Under the pieces are notes generated by a model. The model did not search any database. It was not told the DNA's origin and worked only from the letters and a program-made list of their open reading frames with translations. Positions 59,796-64,000 of a stretch of 64,000 nt of DNA are shown here, one piece after another. Position numbers and translations under genes: made by a program. The stretch is from NCBI RefSeq assembly GCF_009914755.1, contig NC_060939.1, one strand, 5' to 3'. Every line of letters begins with the position of its first letter. Position 1 is the stretch's first letter. This stretch comes from the human T2T-CHM13v2.0 reference genome, Homo sapiens.

Positions 59796-61404
59796 TGAGG
59801 TTCTAAGTAATTCAGAAATTCTTGCCAGAGAGGTCAAAGTCCAAGCCCAGTTGCTGGAAGTAAAATAAGCCTCAGAGGCACTGCGGACCTGGAGGGCATC
59901 AAGGCAGGGCAGGCAGGAGGACATTGGTGGCAACAACAGGTTCAATCACCATAACTCTGTTTGGTGAGCACACAGATGTTCTCATCTAACCCACCTGGGA
60001 GGAGGGCACAATTACCAGCATCATTTCAAAGACAAGGCAAATTCTGCTCAGACAGGTCGTAAGTGACCTGCCCAAGGTCACACAGTTGATCAGAATAAAG
60101 AACCGGGTCTAAATTTGACTGAGGCCAGGTCTCCTGCTCAGGAGCAAGGTAGGGGGCCCAGTCCTCAGGGAAAGCTCAGGAAGGGGGAGTCTCCAATAGT
60201 GGGAAATGATGCTGGAGAAGCAGGGGTGGACCAGAAGCAAGGTCACTAAACAGAATCCACGCAGGAATTCCCTTCTCTCCCTGGTCCACTGGCCACTGTC
60301 CTTCTGTCTGCCCAGGATGGCCACTTGGCCCCTGTGACAGTGTCAGTCCCAAGCACTCAGGCCTCTGCAAGTGGCCCCAAGGCTGGGAGCAATGGGTCCA
60401 GGAGGAACCATGCTTGGCATGCATATCCCAGCACAGACCCTAGAACATGCCTGGGTCTCGGAGTGCTAGTTAACTGCCTCTGGCCCCCTTTGCTGGGGAG
60501 AACAGCCACATTTGGCCTGGGTTGGGTGAGGAGTTGGGGAGCAGGTGACAACCTGGTTGGCTTATCCTTTATCTTATCCTTTTCTTTCTATCATGTAGAG
60601 AGCTGTCAGGGCAGAAAGCAGGACTTCAGGTGAGTATCAAAAAGAATGCTCTCAACAGAGAGCCTAGGGATACACCAGGATGGGGAGTGCAGGGGGAAGG
60701 GGCCACCATCTCTCCCCCTATTATGAGCCCTCTTATAACAAGCAGAAACAGCATGTCTAGAGGCTCTCTCTTTCCTTAACTCCAAATGCCCAGATGTGCT
60801 CAGAGCTCAGCCACAGTTCTTGTACCTAAACTAAAGAGAGACTTGATTGACAATCAAGTTGAGTAGGAGGGAAGGGGAGCTAGGCTGGAGGAGGAAGGTG
60901 GGGTGAGACGACCTCACACACTCACCCTCACACTCTCAGTAGTTCTGGGATGTTCTGCTTTGAGGGTCTTTACTCTGCCCATGGTCAGCCCACGTGGGAG
61001 AATCACAGAAGACCCAGATGCCCTGGAGCTTTGCTCTGTGTGGGTGAACAGGGAATGATCTCCAAGGGAGATAGTGGAAGAATCAGTGTGCAGGGGAGTG
61101 AGCAAGATACCTGTGTAAAAGGGTGGGGGAGAAGCATATGTATGCTTGTATGCTTCTATATTCACAGCACGGCTCTGGAAAAGTGCATAAGGAATCGATG
61201 ACATTAGCTGTAGTTGCTTTTGGGGAGCAGAGTTGGGAAAGCAGGAGCTGGAAAATATTTCACTGGGTATCTTTCTGTATCTTTAAAATTTTGAAGCCCA
61301 TGAAAATCTGCCTGTCTCTTCCACCCTCTGGTACTTCAGAACCCTGGAGCTGGATCCTCAGCCTTGAGAAGGAGAAAACAAACGAGGGGGGTTTGTGTGT
61401 TTTT

Positions 61405-61765
<361 letters not shown>

Positions 61766-64000
61766 TGACCTGCTCCAGGTGGGAGGCATGCTGCAGGGAG
61801 AATGCCACCAGGACCTGCCCCCCTCACCCTCAGAGGACACCTGGACTCTCACTTTGCCTCTTCTTCCCTACAAAAAGTCGGGAGACTAGAAGCCCTGTTG
61901 TCTCCTCTAGCAGGCTTCTGGGATTCCCTTGGTGTGCCCCCAAATGAGACTGCCTCCAAAATGGGATCCTGATGCCACATCAAAGATGAGTAAGTTCGAT
62001 CCTCACCCTCACCAAAAGCATATGTGTGTGTGTGTGCACACATGTACACACACTCACCATCAACTGCCACCCCAAATCAATTAAATATGATCTGGGGACT
62101 AGGCACTTCTGTGGATTATCCCACTCAGTACTGGCCTCGATTAATGCAGATAATGGAGAGCTGACTGGATACAGCTTACAGTATTTAATCTTTCCCGGCA
62201 TTGTATTTGCAGAAGCCAAAGTAATGAGATGGAAATAGGTTAACCAGCAAGACACCTGTCGCCGAAGCTCGTAGGCTAAAAAGATCAATACTTAAGGAGA
62301 AATGTTTGTCTTTATGTTTTGCACCAGTGCTTCAGTCCAACATTTGGTCCTGGGAGGCTGAGGATAAAGTGTTAATGAATTAATTTTCTAGCTCATTCTG
62401 AAAATAAATTACCCATTTCTTTGAGTTCCTTGTGTACCGAGGTCTGATGAGCCTTCTTGGTCAGTCCACGCACACCTCCACTTTGGAGCAAGGTTGTCAT
62501 TCTGCACACATAGAAGCAGAGTCTGTTCTTGACTGGCCCTGGGGAAGCTAACAACTCCCAGGTTCCTGAGAGTTGGAACGTCCTTCTAGTGTCTAACTTC
62601 AATCTCTCCTGCTGCGGCAACACTCATTTTCCTTCTCTTGCATCTATGCTGAGATCAGCAATCCCAGGCCACCTGATGGGCACCTCAGAATCCAATGGCT
62701 GAGGATTGAGCCCTTCCTGCATCAATCTTGGGCTGGCCTGTTAGCCTCCCTGCGCTTGTGCAGCTGTGTGTGAGGGTTAAGCATCCCTGCCCTCCCTGCC
62801 TTAAGGACTGCTTCCATGATCAAAGGTGAAGTTTCCTGAGTAAGGCTCTGCAAATCTGCAGCACCTCACGCCTGCCTCGGATTATTTCTCTCTGAACCTA
62901 GACCCCAGGCATGGATACCCTTAAATCACAGACAAATATTAATAAAACCCAGCCTGTGAGGGCTGAAGGACTCTTACAGACAATGCAGTCCACAGCCTCT
63001 TTTCGAAAACAAAGAAATCGAGGCCCCAAAGGGAGGTGGCTTACCTCCATCACACAAACAACACCACTAAATGGTGGCAGAACTGCCTGAGTTGTCAATT
63101 CCTGGATTCCAGGCCTTTGTAGCTCCTCAGGCCACCCCACCAAGCCCTGGCTCCATTTGATCCTTGGCTAACTCTTGTAGGGTGTAGGGGTAGCGGTGGT
63201 GAGGGGGCAGAGGGATGCCCTGGCCAGGCAGGCCCCTCAGCACACCCTCCGCTCTGCCACCCCAGCCAGGATCAACTTGAAACAGCACAGAGGAGCCCGC
63301 CATCCCCGTGGGAGAGAAGCTGGAGTCCAGGCTCCCTGGAGAGGGAGTTAATACTGCAGCACGGCGCACTCTAGCCAAGGCGGAGAAGCTGCTGAGTCAC
63401 AGTCCAGCTGCCTGGCCAGCCCTGAGCTGCCTGCTGGGGCCCCCAGCTGCTCTCAGCCCAGGGGGCTGCCTCTGGCCCCCAGACAGGCTGCCTTCCCACC
63501 TCCTTCTCCAGAGACTCAGCATCTTGGGCCTCCAGGGTTCCCCACTCCCCAGCACCCCACAACATCTCCCAAACCCACAGGCAGCTGTCCTGGGGCGGAG
63601 GAGAGGGTCTTCCATTGGTTGAGTGTCAAGATGCTTGGGAGCACGCCAGGAAGGGTGGGGGACCCCGAATGAGTGATTGAGTGGGGACAGATGGAGGCTT
63701 GGGGACCAGTGGGCCCTGGGCTGCCTGGTGTAGGATACGGAAAGTGTGTGTGTGTGGGGGTGCACCCGTGGGCCCCAGGAGGTCTGTTGTGCGCATGCTC
63801 TGAGTGTGAGGGAGGACGGGTAGGACCGTGGGGGTCTGCCCTGGTCGTGCTCCCAAGAGAGGCACTGCTTTCTGCAGAGCGCGTGGGCAACTGTCAGCTG
63901 GGGAAGCGCTCACCAGGGGAAAGGGGAGCTCTCTGTGGCTTAGCAGTGATTAACCCACACAATCAATGGATCCTCCAGCCACAGTGTGAGCAGCTCTGCC

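Overview
This is human (great-ape-type) DNA that reads as a chromosome 15q13-type segmental-duplication mosaic. Homologies below are recognised from memory, not from database searches. In order: (1) 1-~20 kb, five intron-separated ULK4-derived exons on + (ULK4P/FAM7A cassette), including the exons that encode the 27-aa N-terminus of CHRFAM7A, plus a U8 snoRNA retrocopy. (2) 26.9-40.5 kb, an intact 19-exon GOLGA8-family golgin gene on + (631 aa as spliced here; GOLGA8T is my best guess), with two skipped ancestral exons, an intronic 7SL pseudogene and a long inserted 3'UTR. (3) 42-45.1 kb, the 3' end of a DNM1 pseudogene on -. (4) From 45.1 kb, a block carrying a near-intact copy of the first coding exon of SYT2 on -, followed by repeat-rich intron-like DNA with a 5'-inverted L1PA. 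The most interesting results are two chimeric reading frames at duplicon junctions: an in-frame FAM7A->GOLGA8 read-through (668 aa) and a possible in-frame SYT2 N-terminus->dynamin GED fusion (198 aa). Both are splice-phase inferences that need RNA evidence.
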